Assembly: GCA_964427405.1 (NCBI GenBank)
Contig: CAYRUB010000007.1
Location: 25,364 to 89,363 of the forward strand
Reading direction: 5' to 3'
Length of the DNA: 64,000 nt
Source: an uncultured Planctomycetales bacterium
GTDB taxonomy: Bacteria > Omnitrophota > Gorgyraeia > Gygaellales > Profunditerraquicolaceae
This document shows positions 55,531 to 64,000 of this stretch, piece by piece. A program made the translations under genes and the position numbers. Positions within the stretch are counted from its first letter, which is position 1. Every line of letters begins with the position of its first letter. The notes under the pieces were generated by a model. The model ran no database searches, was not told the DNA's origin, and saw nothing but the letters and a program-made list of their open reading frames with translations.

Positions 55531-55797
55531 TTACTTCTTTGCAGTCGTATCTACTTTTTCAGCCGCTAATTTATCTGCTGCTGCTTTATCTGCTGCTTCT
55601 TTCTCTAAGGTTGCTTCATCCTTAACTTCCTCAGTAGCAACTATAGCATCGGTCTTTGCTTCATCTGATACGACAACCACGCCCGGTGCTGCTTCTGTTG
55701 CCACGGCCTTCTCATCAGCAGGCTTAGCCGCTTCTCCAGCTAAAGCTAAACTGCTGGCGAAACAAAGTGCTAAAATAACAAATATTACTTTTTTCAT
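55531..55797 (-). CDS. Secreted Ala/Glu/Lys-rich low-complexity protein
   Basis: 88 aa with a signal peptide. Confidence 0.45.
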   Translation of the reverse strand: MKKVIFVILALCFASSLALAGEAAKPADEKAVATEAAPGVVVVSDEAKTDAIVATEEVKDEATLEKEAADKAAADKLAAEKVDTTAKK

Positions 55798-55866
55798 CTT
55801 GATTCACCCCCTCTCGCTTAATTAAAATAATCTTAGCAGTATTTTCCCAGTTGTCAATGAATAAAC

Positions 55867-56298
55867 CTATGCTTTGCCAATTTTTTTGGATTTAGGCCTA
55901 TTGATAGATTTAACAACCAGCCGCAAGACAAATAATATAAATATAATGTAAATTGCTGCGGAGCGTAAACTCTTAACGGAATTAAGCATTTTTTTGCTCT
56001 TATCAACCTTGTCCTGCAAGAATGTTCCGGGATTTGTTAAGGTTTCAAGCCGGACAGTAAAATCCCTAGCTAACATTGACTCGCGGGCCATTTTATCAGT
56101 AACCGGTATTTTACCGAGCTCTAGCTTAAGGCCTGCCGGCCCGCCGATAGTATAAGCAACCAGAAGTTTGTCATAAAAATATGTATCTACCCCATAGCGA
56201 ACTATCATTCTTAGCGCGAAAAAATTCGCAAAGAGCGTACAGCATACAAAAACCAGCATTACCACAAACTTAATTATCCCTTTTCTGGAAAACTCCAT
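55867..56298 (-). CDS. Hypothetical membrane protein
   Basis: 143 aa with N- and C-terminal TM helices. Confidence 0.45.
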   Translation of the reverse strand: MEFSRKGIIKFVVMLVFVCCTLFANFFALRMIVRYGVDTYFYDKLLVAYTIGGPAGLKLELGKIPVTDKMARESMLARDFTVRLETLTNPGTFLQDKVDKSKKMLNSVKSLRSAAIYIIFILFVLRLVVKSINRPKSKKIGKA

Positions 56299-56338
56299 AC
56301 TCCCCTTTCCATTGTTATATTATACCAATTACAAGCAG

Positions 56339-57046
56339 TTAAAATGACCAGTTAACAAAAACCATGAATTCCAGAGGATCTTTATTGCCATTGTAGTTAG
56401 CAAGGCCAATCTGGAGTCCGTCGAGAGATTTAGTATAATTAACCAGCCCGAGTTGCAATCCGTGCATTTCAGCAGCAGAGTTAACTATGCCTCCCTGAAA
56501 ACCTTTTACTGAGCCTTCGGCATAATTGACTATGCCTAAAGCTGCTCCGCTAAATTCTCCCTTAGCCATATTAACCGCACCAAGTTGCGCGCCAATGAAG
56601 CGGCCGGTTGAGTAATTAAATAACCCGGCTTGGGCGCCATGCACATATCCTTCAGCCCAATTTACCGCGCCAAGCTGCGCTCCGGTTAAATCTCCTTTGG
56701 TAATATCTAAAATACCGCTTTGCAGGCCAACAAAACGGGATCCGACACGATTCACAAAACCAGCTTGCCAGCCGTGAAAAAGACCCTCAACCCAGTTGCC
56801 AAGGCCAAATTCTACGCCCTGAACATCCCCTTTAGCCTCGTTGACCCCAAAAAAAACAAAGCTAAGGCCGGTAACGTTCTGGTTGGCGGCATAAATCAAA
56901 CCAAGGCTAACGCCTTTGATTGATTCAGTTTTCGGGACCAGCTGAACCGGATTAAATAACGCCAACTGCACAGGTTTATCCTCTGCCATAACCATACCCG
57001 CTAAACTTAAAACAAGCAACACACTGAGTATTAATCTTTTACTCAC
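56339..57046 (-). CDS. Secreted repeat protein (about ten ~15-residue GxxGxVNxAxGxxxG repeats)
   Basis: 235 aa with a signal peptide and a periodic LGAVNWAEGYVHGAQ-type repeat. Confidence 0.55.
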   Translation of the reverse strand: MSKRLILSVLLVLSLAGMVMAEDKPVQLALFNPVQLVPKTESIKGVSLGLIYAANQNVTGLSFVFFGVNEAKGDVQGVEFGLGNWVEGLFHGWQAGFVNRVGSRFVGLQSGILDITKGDLTGAQLGAVNWAEGYVHGAQAGLFNYSTGRFIGAQLGAVNMAKGEFSGAALGIVNYAEGSVKGFQGGIVNSAAEMHGLQLGLVNYTKSLDGLQIGLANYNGNKDPLEFMVFVNWSF

Positions 57047-57125
57047 GGTACCCTCCTCTTTGATATAACACCAATAACTACCAAGCTTACCCTTGCTTAT
57101 CCACCTCCTTCCAAACTAACGTCTT

Positions 57126-57566
57126 CTATTTTCCCGAAGCCTGCATTGTTTCAATAACCCGCTGACTTACGCCCTGTTTCTGTAAATAGCTAATATCATC
57201 CGCGGTTAAAGAATACTTGGAATTTGCAGCTTTAATTTTAGCGATGATTTCATCGCCGGATACTCCTTGCTTAGTCAAATCAACTATCTGCTGCATGGTC
57301 AGCTGCGCCGGCACCTGGGATGAATCATTCTGGGTTGGCTTCTTGATCTGCGCTCCCACTAATGCTCCTGTACCCCCACCGATTACTCCGCCTATTGCGG
57401 CACCCTGAATGGGATGTCCACTCTGAAAACCGATAATTCCACCTGCTATCGCACCAACAGTCCCTCCAATACCAGCCCCTTCGCCTACTCTCGTTTTATT
57501 TGTCGCACAACCACAAACAACTAATGCAAATACTAAAATAGAAAATAAACAAAAATACCGTTTCAT
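57126..57566 (-). CDS. Glycine-zipper lipoprotein
   Basis: VVCGC lipobox and a GxxxG-rich segment (GAIAGGIIG...GGVIGGGTGALVG). Confidence 0.6.
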   Translation of the reverse strand: MKRYFCLFSILVFALVVCGCATNKTRVGEGAGIGGTVGAIAGGIIGFQSGHPIQGAAIGGVIGGGTGALVGAQIKKPTQNDSSQVPAQLTMQQIVDLTKQGVSGDEIIAKIKAANSKYSLTADDISYLQKQGVSQRVIETMQASGK

Positions 57567-57892
57567 TTAATACCCCTTTCTTTTATACCTGAGGACTGCT
57601 CAGGCAATGATACTTGATCAGCTACTTTTTTAATCTTCAATGACATGATGCTCCAATTATCAATACTGTAAAAACCATTAAGCATATCAACCCAATAGGC
57701 GCTATCTTTGCCATTTGTTTTTGACAATTCCTTGCCAGCAGATTCCTTTTCCTCATTGGACGCAGCGATCCACCCATAACCATTATCATCGAGAGTTAAA
57801 GCAAAACAAAGACTTGATGAAATTAATATAAAAATAAATAATAAAAATACTTTATTCATTTTTCCCTCATACCGCCAAGAAAATATGCTCAT
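57563..57892 (-). CDS. Secreted hypothetical protein
   Basis: 109 aa with a signal peptide. Confidence 0.4.
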   Translation of the reverse strand: MSIFSWRYEGKMNKVFLLFIFILISSSLCFALTLDDNGYGWIAASNEEKESAGKELSKTNGKDSAYWVDMLNGFYSIDNWSIMSLKIKKVADQVSLPEQSSGIKERGIK

Positions 57893-58260
57893 CCCCTGAC
57901 ATTCTCCTTAATGCAAGCTATAAGTTCTCTCACAGTTACTGTCTTTGCTAAAAGCGAATACCCCTTGGTAAAACCCGCGCCAACCTCATCTTTTCTTACC
58001 AGGGAAGTCAAAAACACAATAGGGGTATCTTTTATGCTGTCATCGCTCCTTATTAGAGAAACAACGTCTCCGCCGTCTAAGCCCGGCATTATTATATCAA
58101 GCAATATCAAATTCGGTTTTACCTCCTTAATCAACTTAATCCCGTCATCGCCGTTTGTTGCCGTATACACTTCAAACTCATTCGTCTTTTCCACATTTTT
58201 CTTCACCAGGTTACAGAAATTCTCTTCGTCGTCAATGATCAATATCTTCTTTTTATCCAT
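57889..58260 (-). CDS. Single-domain response regulator (CheY-like receiver)
   Basis: 123 aa with ILIIDDEE...LLDIIMPGLDG. Confidence 0.85.
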   Translation of the reverse strand: MDKKKILIIDDEENFCNLVKKNVEKTNEFEVYTATNGDDGIKLIKEVKPNLILLDIIMPGLDGGDVVSLIRSDDSIKDTPIVFLTSLVRKDEVGAGFTKGYSLLAKTVTVRELIACIKENVRG

Positions 58261-59676
58261 CTATCCCTCCTGTTTAGAGATTCTCAAAGTAACGCTGACC
58301 TTAGTCCCTTTTCCAACCTGGCTGCTTATTTCCATCAGCCCTTTATGTAAATGAATAATATTTTGGCTTACCGATAACCCAAGGCCGGTCCCTTTGCCCG
58401 GGCCTTTTGTAGTAAAGAAAGGATCAAATATCCTTTTCAGGTTTTCTTCGGAAATCCCAGTGCCCGTATCCTCAATTTCCACGATAATAACCTCTTCCGC
58501 TTTCTTGAGGAAACAACGGATGGTAAGTTCCCCGCTTCCGGGCATTGCGTGAGCCGCGTTCACAAACAGGTTAATAAATACCTGCATCAGCTTATTTTTG
58601 TCTACCGGAACCTTTGGCAGGCCTTCCTGAATCTGCCTGGTTACCTTAACATGTTTTAATTCTGTTTTTACCAGGTTCAAACAACTTTCCAGTATAGAAT
58701 TGATGTCTTCGGGGCGCAATTCCAACTTTGTGGCCCTGGAGAAATCCAGAAGCGAAGCAACGATCCCGTCTGCCCTTTGCGCGCTGTCCATAATCATGGT
58801 CAGGGTCTCCAACTGCTCTTTTTCAGCCGGAGGAATTAACTGCTCCAAATAAGAAACCCCCTGTATTATAATCCCCAGCGGGTTCCTCATATCGTGGGCC
58901 ACGCCGCTTGCCAGTTGGCCGATGGCCTTGAGCTTCTCCATCTGAGTCAGTTTATCCTGCATTTCTTTTAATTCATCGTAAGCTATCCTCAATTCCTCCG
59001 CTCTTTTTAAGGCCTGCTCATACAAGCGGACGTTCTGCAGGGTAATCGCGCCTACGCGGGCGATACTCATAACTACCGAGGCTTCCCTCTGCGTGAAAGG
59101 CCCGGGAGACTTCTTGTCGCAAACATGCAACACGCCTAAGACTTCATTTTTATATATGACCGGCACGCTGATAAACGCCTTTTGCAGGTACTCCTCTTTG
59201 TTCAGCTTATTTAAATACGACTCCTTGGACAAATCAGCAACTACCAATGATTCCCGGTTATGTATCACAAGCCCAGATATGCTGTCCTTGCCTATTACCA
59301 AAGGGCTCTGGCTGCGATCGCGGCCCCAGCCCATTGCGCAGGCCAGAGTGAACTGCTCTGAATTCTTGTCCCAGGCAAGAAAAACAGTACGTTCAATGGA
59401 AAGGAAATTATGCGCGGCCTCAGTAATGCAGCGCACTGCATCCTGATAGCCAAAGGCTGAAATCAACTTTTCATTGAATTTAAACAGGAAATCCAGCTCT
59501 GTTTCATACCAGATCTTGTCCTCTAAATACGACGAGTTCTGCTGCGGGATGGGTTCCTGCTGCGGAAATTCTTGAGGCTGAGAAGGTTTTTTCTGACGCA
59601 AAGAAACAGCCAGCATAAAACCAAACAATATACCGATTAAAAGAAATAAGATAATCATAATATTTGATTCATACAC
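58261..59676 (-). CDS. Sensor histidine kinase with a GAF domain
   Basis: 471 aa. TM, GAF, HisKA (VAHDMRNPL) and HATPase_c (DTGTGI...GLGL). Confidence 0.85.
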   Translation of the reverse strand: MYESNIMIILFLLIGILFGFMLAVSLRQKKPSQPQEFPQQEPIPQQNSSYLEDKIWYETELDFLFKFNEKLISAFGYQDAVRCITEAAHNFLSIERTVFLAWDKNSEQFTLACAMGWGRDRSQSPLVIGKDSISGLVIHNRESLVVADLSKESYLNKLNKEEYLQKAFISVPVIYKNEVLGVLHVCDKKSPGPFTQREASVVMSIARVGAITLQNVRLYEQALKRAEELRIAYDELKEMQDKLTQMEKLKAIGQLASGVAHDMRNPLGIIIQGVSYLEQLIPPAEKEQLETLTMIMDSAQRADGIVASLLDFSRATKLELRPEDINSILESCLNLVKTELKHVKVTRQIQEGLPKVPVDKNKLMQVFINLFVNAAHAMPGSGELTIRCFLKKAEEVIIVEIEDTGTGISEENLKRIFDPFFTTKGPGKGTGLGLSVSQNIIHLHKGLMEISSQVGKGTKVSVTLRISKQEG

Positions 59677-60539
59677 TATTTTGTGATCTGATTAATGATA
59701 TCTTCTAATTGCTTGTTGAATTCATCCGAGGCCTCAATCATCAGAAAATGCCCTACTCCCCGCATTATCCTTAAATGATATGACTTAAGATACTTGCTGT
59801 TAATCTCTGGATGCTGATACTGCTGCCAAAGGTCGGCGCTTAAGCACCACAATGGCACATTCACATCAGCTAAAAGCGGAATAATCGGAGTATCAAAATA
59901 ATATTCCATGGTATTAATCGCGATTTCCGGGTTAGACCGGGCAACATTCCTGACTACCAACTCAACCAGTTTGGGATCCGCGTTCTTATCGAACATATCC
60001 CTCATAAAAGGCCCGGAATTCTTTACAAAATCCTTTTTTAAAGGTTCGATGTATTTTATTTTATCTTCCGGAGTGGCCATATACTCAAAGTTCTCAAGGG
60101 TGTCAACCGCGACAAGCCCGACTACCTTGTCCTTAAGAATCCGGTTTGCCTCCAATATTATTGTGCCTGACATGGAATGGCCGATAAGGATAGCCTTATC
60201 AACTTTTTCCGCATTCACGACCGCGGCTACGTCCTCGCCAAATGCTTTCTGGGTATAGGCCTTTCTCTGACGGCCGGATGCGCCGTAGCCGGCCAGATCC
60301 AAAACAATCACCTTGTATTTCTTGGCAAAATACGGCACTTGCCTGTACCAGACAGCACGGCTGCCACACCATCCGTGTATAAAGACCAATGCCGGCTCGC
60401 CTTTGCCGAATACGGAATAAACAATCTTTGTTCCGTCTTTTGAAATAGCAGTTTTATTATTTAATCCTACTTGCACATAGATCAAATAAGCTGCTATAAG
60501 AATAACCAAAAATACTATCCCACGGAATATTTTTTTCAT
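59676..60539 (-). CDS. Alpha/beta-fold hydrolase
   Basis: 287 aa with the GHSMSG nucleophile elbow (GxSxG). Confidence 0.8.
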   Translation of the reverse strand: MKKIFRGIVFLVILIAAYLIYVQVGLNNKTAISKDGTKIVYSVFGKGEPALVFIHGWCGSRAVWYRQVPYFAKKYKVIVLDLAGYGASGRQRKAYTQKAFGEDVAAVVNAEKVDKAILIGHSMSGTIILEANRILKDKVVGLVAVDTLENFEYMATPEDKIKYIEPLKKDFVKNSGPFMRDMFDKNADPKLVELVVRNVARSNPEIAINTMEYYFDTPIIPLLADVNVPLWCLSADLWQQYQHPEINSKYLKSYHLRIMRGVGHFLMIEASDEFNKQLEDIINQITK

Positions 60540-60572
60540 TTTATTTTTTTAAACTCCTCCTCTTTCGGCTGC

Positions 60573-61277
60573 CTAAACCTGATGCTCGCGAAGTAATGCC
60601 AGATTAGTTTGCATCCGGCGCGCCCAAAAACTAAAAGCATCCTGCACATCGCCCCAGCGGGTATATTTATCAGCCAATGATTTAGTGCCTGCCCTCCGGT
60701 CAACCACAGCAGCCAGACGCTGGCCGGTAACGCTATCCAACAATTCCCCTTCTACGCTTACTACTCCCACACCACTATGCGTTCCAAGCATAAAGTGTTT
60801 AGCATAACTAATCCCCAGCCCATAAGGAGTAACAGTAGAAAGTATCTCTTTAACCGGGCTCGTCGCCTTGGCCTCGGTTATAGCGCATCTAACTTTCATC
60901 ACATCCGGCCCGGGCTCATTAACAATAACATAATCTCTCTTAAAGGCATCCGAGAGCGAAACATAAAGATAATCCACGATTAACTGTTGATCCTCTTTAG
61001 ACAAACTATTTAATGCGGATTCGCTGTTTTCAGCGGCCCAAAGCTGCACCGGTTCAAGGATAACTTTCTGGTACTTACTAAAATCCACGTTAATATCCCG
61101 GTAAACATACTCAGCCTGCCCGCCCTTGCCGCGGTGAAATTGCGTATAGTCGCCGAGAAATCCTGACATCTGCGCATTTGGCGCTTGCTCTGTAGTCGCA
61201 CATCCGACGATAATCAATACCATAATACCTAGATTAACTAAACGGGTAATTTGCTTAAGAAATATTTCCATAACCAA
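60573..61277 (-). CDS. Lipoprotein (DUF3313-like)
   Basis: 234 aa with an IVGC lipobox. Confidence 0.45.
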   Translation of the reverse strand: MVMEIFLKQITRLVNLGIMVLIIVGCATTEQAPNAQMSGFLGDYTQFHRGKGGQAEYVYRDINVDFSKYQKVILEPVQLWAAENSESALNSLSKEDQQLIVDYLYVSLSDAFKRDYVIVNEPGPDVMKVRCAITEAKATSPVKEILSTVTPYGLGISYAKHFMLGTHSGVGVVSVEGELLDSVTGQRLAAVVDRRAGTKSLADKYTRWGDVQDAFSFWARRMQTNLALLREHQV

Positions 61278-61337
61278 CCTCCTCCTATTTAACCCCTCGC
61301 CGACTTTATTTTCATAAAATAATTATATTCCCGGAAT

Positions 61338-62099
61338 TCACCTAGCATTAAGAAAAGACTTTCTTTTCTTCTCCGGGAATTTCTCTATTGCATAACGCAG
61401 CATTGTCCGCGGTAAAACTTTACAATTCTTACGCAAGAAATTCTCTTCAGCTAATGCATCGCGTTTACCTGCTTCACGCAGCATCCATCCGCAGGCTTTA
61501 TGAATTAAATCTTCTTTATCGCCAAGCAAAAGCTTGCTAATCGCGAAAACATCTTTAAAATCCCCTAACCGGATAAAAGTAAAGGTAGCCAGAATCGCTA
61601 TCCGCCTATCCCAGAGCAAAGGAGATTTGGCCAATTTATAAAGTATTCTCCTGTCTTGATCTATAAGAAATCCACCGATAATCTGGGGAGCGCTTAGATC
61701 AACCAAATCCCAATTATTGATAAATTTTGTGTTTGCCAAATATGCCTTGTATATTTTTTCTTTAGCCCCGGTATCTGCCTTATTAAACTGGCGTACCATA
61801 ATTAAAAGCGCCAAAGCCCTTTCTTCATGAATCTTTGAATGCAAAAGCTTGATTAAATCTGAAAGCGCCAGATCCTGAAACTCTTTTACTATATTTCTGG
61901 TAAGAGCAGCTGTTAAGCCGAGGAAAATATCTCCTTCGGCATATTCGCCTGGCCCGGTTTTAAAGAAACGCTGCAATCCTTTAGCCTTTTCTTTATCCGC
62001 GCCTCGGCGCAGTTGCTTTTCAGCTTCTTCTAATCTACCCATGTTTTTATTATACCTATAAATAGTAAGAACCCAAGCATTTTTAGGGCTTGGGTTCAA
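61338..62099 (-). CDS. DNA alkylation repair protein (AlkC/AlkD HEAT-like repeat family)
   Basis: 253 aa with an AlkD-like sequence (KGLQRFFKTGPGEYAEGDIFLG). Confidence 0.7.
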   Translation of the reverse strand: MNPSPKNAWVLTIYRYNKNMGRLEEAEKQLRRGADKEKAKGLQRFFKTGPGEYAEGDIFLGLTAALTRNIVKEFQDLALSDLIKLLHSKIHEERALALLIMVRQFNKADTGAKEKIYKAYLANTKFINNWDLVDLSAPQIIGGFLIDQDRRILYKLAKSPLLWDRRIAILATFTFIRLGDFKDVFAISKLLLGDKEDLIHKACGWMLREAGKRDALAEENFLRKNCKVLPRTMLRYAIEKFPEKKRKSFLNAR

Positions 62100-62129
62100 A
62101 CACTTTGTAGTTTTTAGCTAACGTAATCC

Positions 62130-62408
62130 TTAAGCAATAACCTTATCAAATTCCTCCATAGTGATTGCGGGAAAACTGGTAAAGGAGATATTGGTCAGTT
62201 TATTTAACGCAACCGAAACTTTCATTACCTCGGAAATACCTGGAAATTCCGTAATCAACACGATGTCGTATTTGCCCAGAAGCGCGTACATAGAGTTGAC
62301 TTTGCCGCCAGCCTTGGTTATTACATCAAGCGCCTTCGTGGTTCTATCGGCCGAAATGCCACCCAGTGCATCCTTACTATACTTACCGTACATAAAAAAC
62401 TTTGCCAT
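62130..62408 (-). CDS. GYD-domain protein
   Basis: 92 aa. MAKFFMYGKYS...GKYDIVLI is typical of the GYD family. Confidence 0.7.
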   Translation of the reverse strand: MAKFFMYGKYSKDALGGISADRTTKALDVITKAGGKVNSMYALLGKYDIVLITEFPGISEVMKVSVALNKLTNISFTSFPAITMEEFDKVIA

Positions 62409-62486
62409 TTTGACACCTCCTTGTTTTATTTCTTATTATAATAATCCAAATATAAATGCTAGGTTATCGAAACTCTAGAAAATTTA

Positions 62487-62726
62487 TTATTTAAAAAAGA
62501 GAGTAAGAACTGATACGAAAAGCGCACATGCAGAAATATAAAATGCCCTATTAGCTACTCTATAAGTTCCCTCAAATTCCTTTATACGAATCCATTCTAA
62601 CACTAAAGGCAACCAACTGCCTTTATTCTGGTATTCTCCATTAGCCCATTCAATTCTGACTTTTCTTAAACCTTCCTTTTCTAATCTTCTAATAAACCCA
62701 TCACGCTCTTGAATAGACAATGTCAT
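62487..62726 (-). CDS. Small membrane protein
   Basis: 79 aa with one TM helix (ACALFVSVLTLFF). Confidence 0.4.
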   Translation of the reverse strand: MTLSIQERDGFIRRLEKEGLRKVRIEWANGEYQNKGSWLPLVLEWIRIKEFEGTYRVANRAFYISACALFVSVLTLFFK

Positions 62727-62862
62727 ATACTACCCCCTTTTTTTACCTAAAACGGTCTCCTAAAATACAAAAACTCGACACGTAACGTAATTATATTTAC
62801 ACTAATAATTTCAATTCTTTTAGGTATTAGAGATTCCATTTCGATATCCATATTCCATTCTT

Positions 62863-63306
62863 CTATTTTCTTTCAGCATCAACGATCTTTAATTTATTAT
62901 CGATTCTCATAATATTTGCTTCCCTGATATCTTTAAGCTTGTATTTTTTCCCCACTTTCTTTAAATATTTAAGTTCCTTGGGAGGAACCTTTACCTCTTT
63001 CCCATATTTTTGTAACATAAATAATCCATGCTCCCAGTATATCTTAGCAAAATATCTATTCCGGATGTTTCTTGGCAAGCTTAGGTAGGTCATATAATCC
63101 TTACGAATATGTTTTCTACTTCTACCTATTTTTAGAACCAACCTTCTTCTATCGGAATAAATTACATATACATGCTTAAAAAAAACCTCTTCCAGTTTTA
63201 TAGTATTTAGTCTTAGGGAAAAATATTCTAATGATACTTTCAATCTCCTTAAAAGGCATGGTTTTTCTTTTTCTAGACCTCCTAATAAAATAGATTGCCG
63301 GTCCAA
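62863..63306 (-). CDS. Hypothetical basic protein, possibly a degenerate kinase-like fragment
   Basis: 147 aa, Lys/Arg-rich, lying in the AT-rich segment. ANIMRIDNKLKIVD weakly resembles a lipid/protein-kinase catalytic loop plus DFG region. Confidence 0.3.
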   Translation of the reverse strand: MDRQSILLGGLEKEKPCLLRRLKVSLEYFSLRLNTIKLEEVFFKHVYVIYSDRRRLVLKIGRSRKHIRKDYMTYLSLPRNIRNRYFAKIYWEHGLFMLQKYGKEVKVPPKELKYLKKVGKKYKLKDIREANIMRIDNKLKIVDAERK

Positions 63307-63423
63307 TTATTTTCTCTACTAAATCTTTTATTTTCTTATATCTCATAATTCTTATCCTTCTAAATAATTATCTTAAATAACTTTAATATAAATTGCTAAA
63401 AGTGGTTATAAAATAAAAAGGGC

Positions 63424-63455
63424 GGTTTTATTTTTAAAAAACCGCCCCTCGAATT
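63424..63455. terminator. Bidirectional-type hairpin terminator
   Basis: A 10-bp stem gggcggtttt/aaaaccgccc with A/T runs on both sides, 3' of the DUF4145 gene. Confidence 0.5.
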
Positions 63456-63591
63456 GCGTAAAACGATAATAGCTGTCTTACATAACATGGGTATTCCTAT
63501 CTTTAGAAATCTAATACAGCAACCTTACCATTATCTATTTCTCTCCAACATAGCTTTAATCTCTAAATATATCTTAACTACCTTGCCATTC

Positions 63592-63981
63592 TTATTTTCG
63601 AGTTTCAAAATTCTTCTTTACTTGGTCTATAAGTGCTGGTGCCGTATAGACATATTCTAAAATTGCATTACAAAGCGCACCTAATATAGGAACTTCGTTT
63701 TCCGTTAAATCCCCTAAATCTGCATGAGCCCCTATATTACGCAATTGTCTTAATTGATGAGCCATTTCTGCTAAACGACTAGGGATTTCTCCCTGCCCTG
63801 CTAAATATTTCAATTTCTCTGATAAAGATTTTCCTCGAGCTTTCCTATCTAAACAAACCTTATCTAACACCCGCCCCAGCAAAACAGCAAAAGCATTAGT
63901 ATCAATATTACGAACTTTCAATGCTGCTTCATAGGACCTACTTACACCTTTTGGCAGCCCTATTATTGGTTTTAACTTCAT
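63592..63981 (-). CDS. HEPN-like DUF4145-family protein
   Basis: 129 aa with QLRNIGAHADLGD (RNxxxH motif), characteristic of the DUF4145 HEPN fold. Confidence 0.55.
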   Translation of the reverse strand: MKLKPIIGLPKGVSRSYEAALKVRNIDTNAFAVLLGRVLDKVCLDRKARGKSLSEKLKYLAGQGEIPSRLAEMAHQLRQLRNIGAHADLGDLTENEVPILGALCNAILEYVYTAPALIDQVKKNFETRK

Positions 63982-64000
63982 TGGATAAAGTATCTCTGGC

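Noticed and set aside
63454-63660. 68-aa plus-strand ORF
   Set aside because: AT-rich low-complexity translation that overlaps the terminator hairpin and the 3' end of the DUF4145 gene. Likely non-coding.

Overview
This 64-kb window is a low-GC bacterial chromosome segment, probably from an uncultivated lineage (lysine-rich proteins, many PilZ/HD-GYP genes). Almost every gene is on the minus strand; only a DAGK-like lipid kinase is on the plus strand.

Positions 1-16000 are a conserved housekeeping backbone: argC (partial), rpsI-rplM, truA, asd, leuB-leuD-leuC, the classic yceD-rpmF-plsX-fabH-fabD-fabG-acpP-fabF cluster, coaD, rsmD and recG.

Positions 16000-26700 carry envelope and transport genes: an OmpA-like lipoprotein, an alanine/cation symporter, a choloylglycine-hydrolase-family enzyme, a LOG-family protein and a 917-aa TPR plus beta-barrel outer-membrane protein. 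This stretch also holds several small dispersed repeat families and a degraded copy of the OmpA gene 3' end.

Positions 26700-35430 form an AT-rich accessory island. It contains a REP/RAYT 'REPtron' (a Y1 HuH transposase flanked by five copies of a 24-bp REP, one inverted). It contains a REP-bracketed NTF2-like gene, a Pif1-family helicase overlapping a ferredoxin-nitroreductase gene, and a type II R-M pair (DPPY amino-methyltransferase plus MutH/Sau3AI-family endonuclease). The most striking item is a co-directional array of four small uncharacterised genes: a HEPN-motif protein, a 2-TM protein, a miniature ABC/SMC-like P-loop ATPase with degenerate motifs, and a 4-TM protein. Three near-identical ~58-bp intergenic elements separate these four genes. 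I rate this cassette-like array the best candidate for an undescribed defence or abortive-infection module.

Positions 35430-64000 return to chromosomal genes: an outer-membrane protein, a 904-aa metallophosphoesterase-HAD fusion lipoprotein, an ABC-F ATPase, dus, an M48 protease with N-terminal zinc ribbons, pgi, a DAHP synthase, PilZ proteins, tandem cold-shock genes, an HD-GYP protein, flavoproteins, a TIR-like (DUF1863) protein beside a Cys/Trp-rich mini-protein, a two-component system, AlkD and GYD. The window ends in an AT-rich stretch with a HEPN-like DUF4145 gene.

I saw no rRNA, tRNA or CRISPR array. Positions 1105-1270 form a strongly structured non-coding element and are a candidate small RNA.
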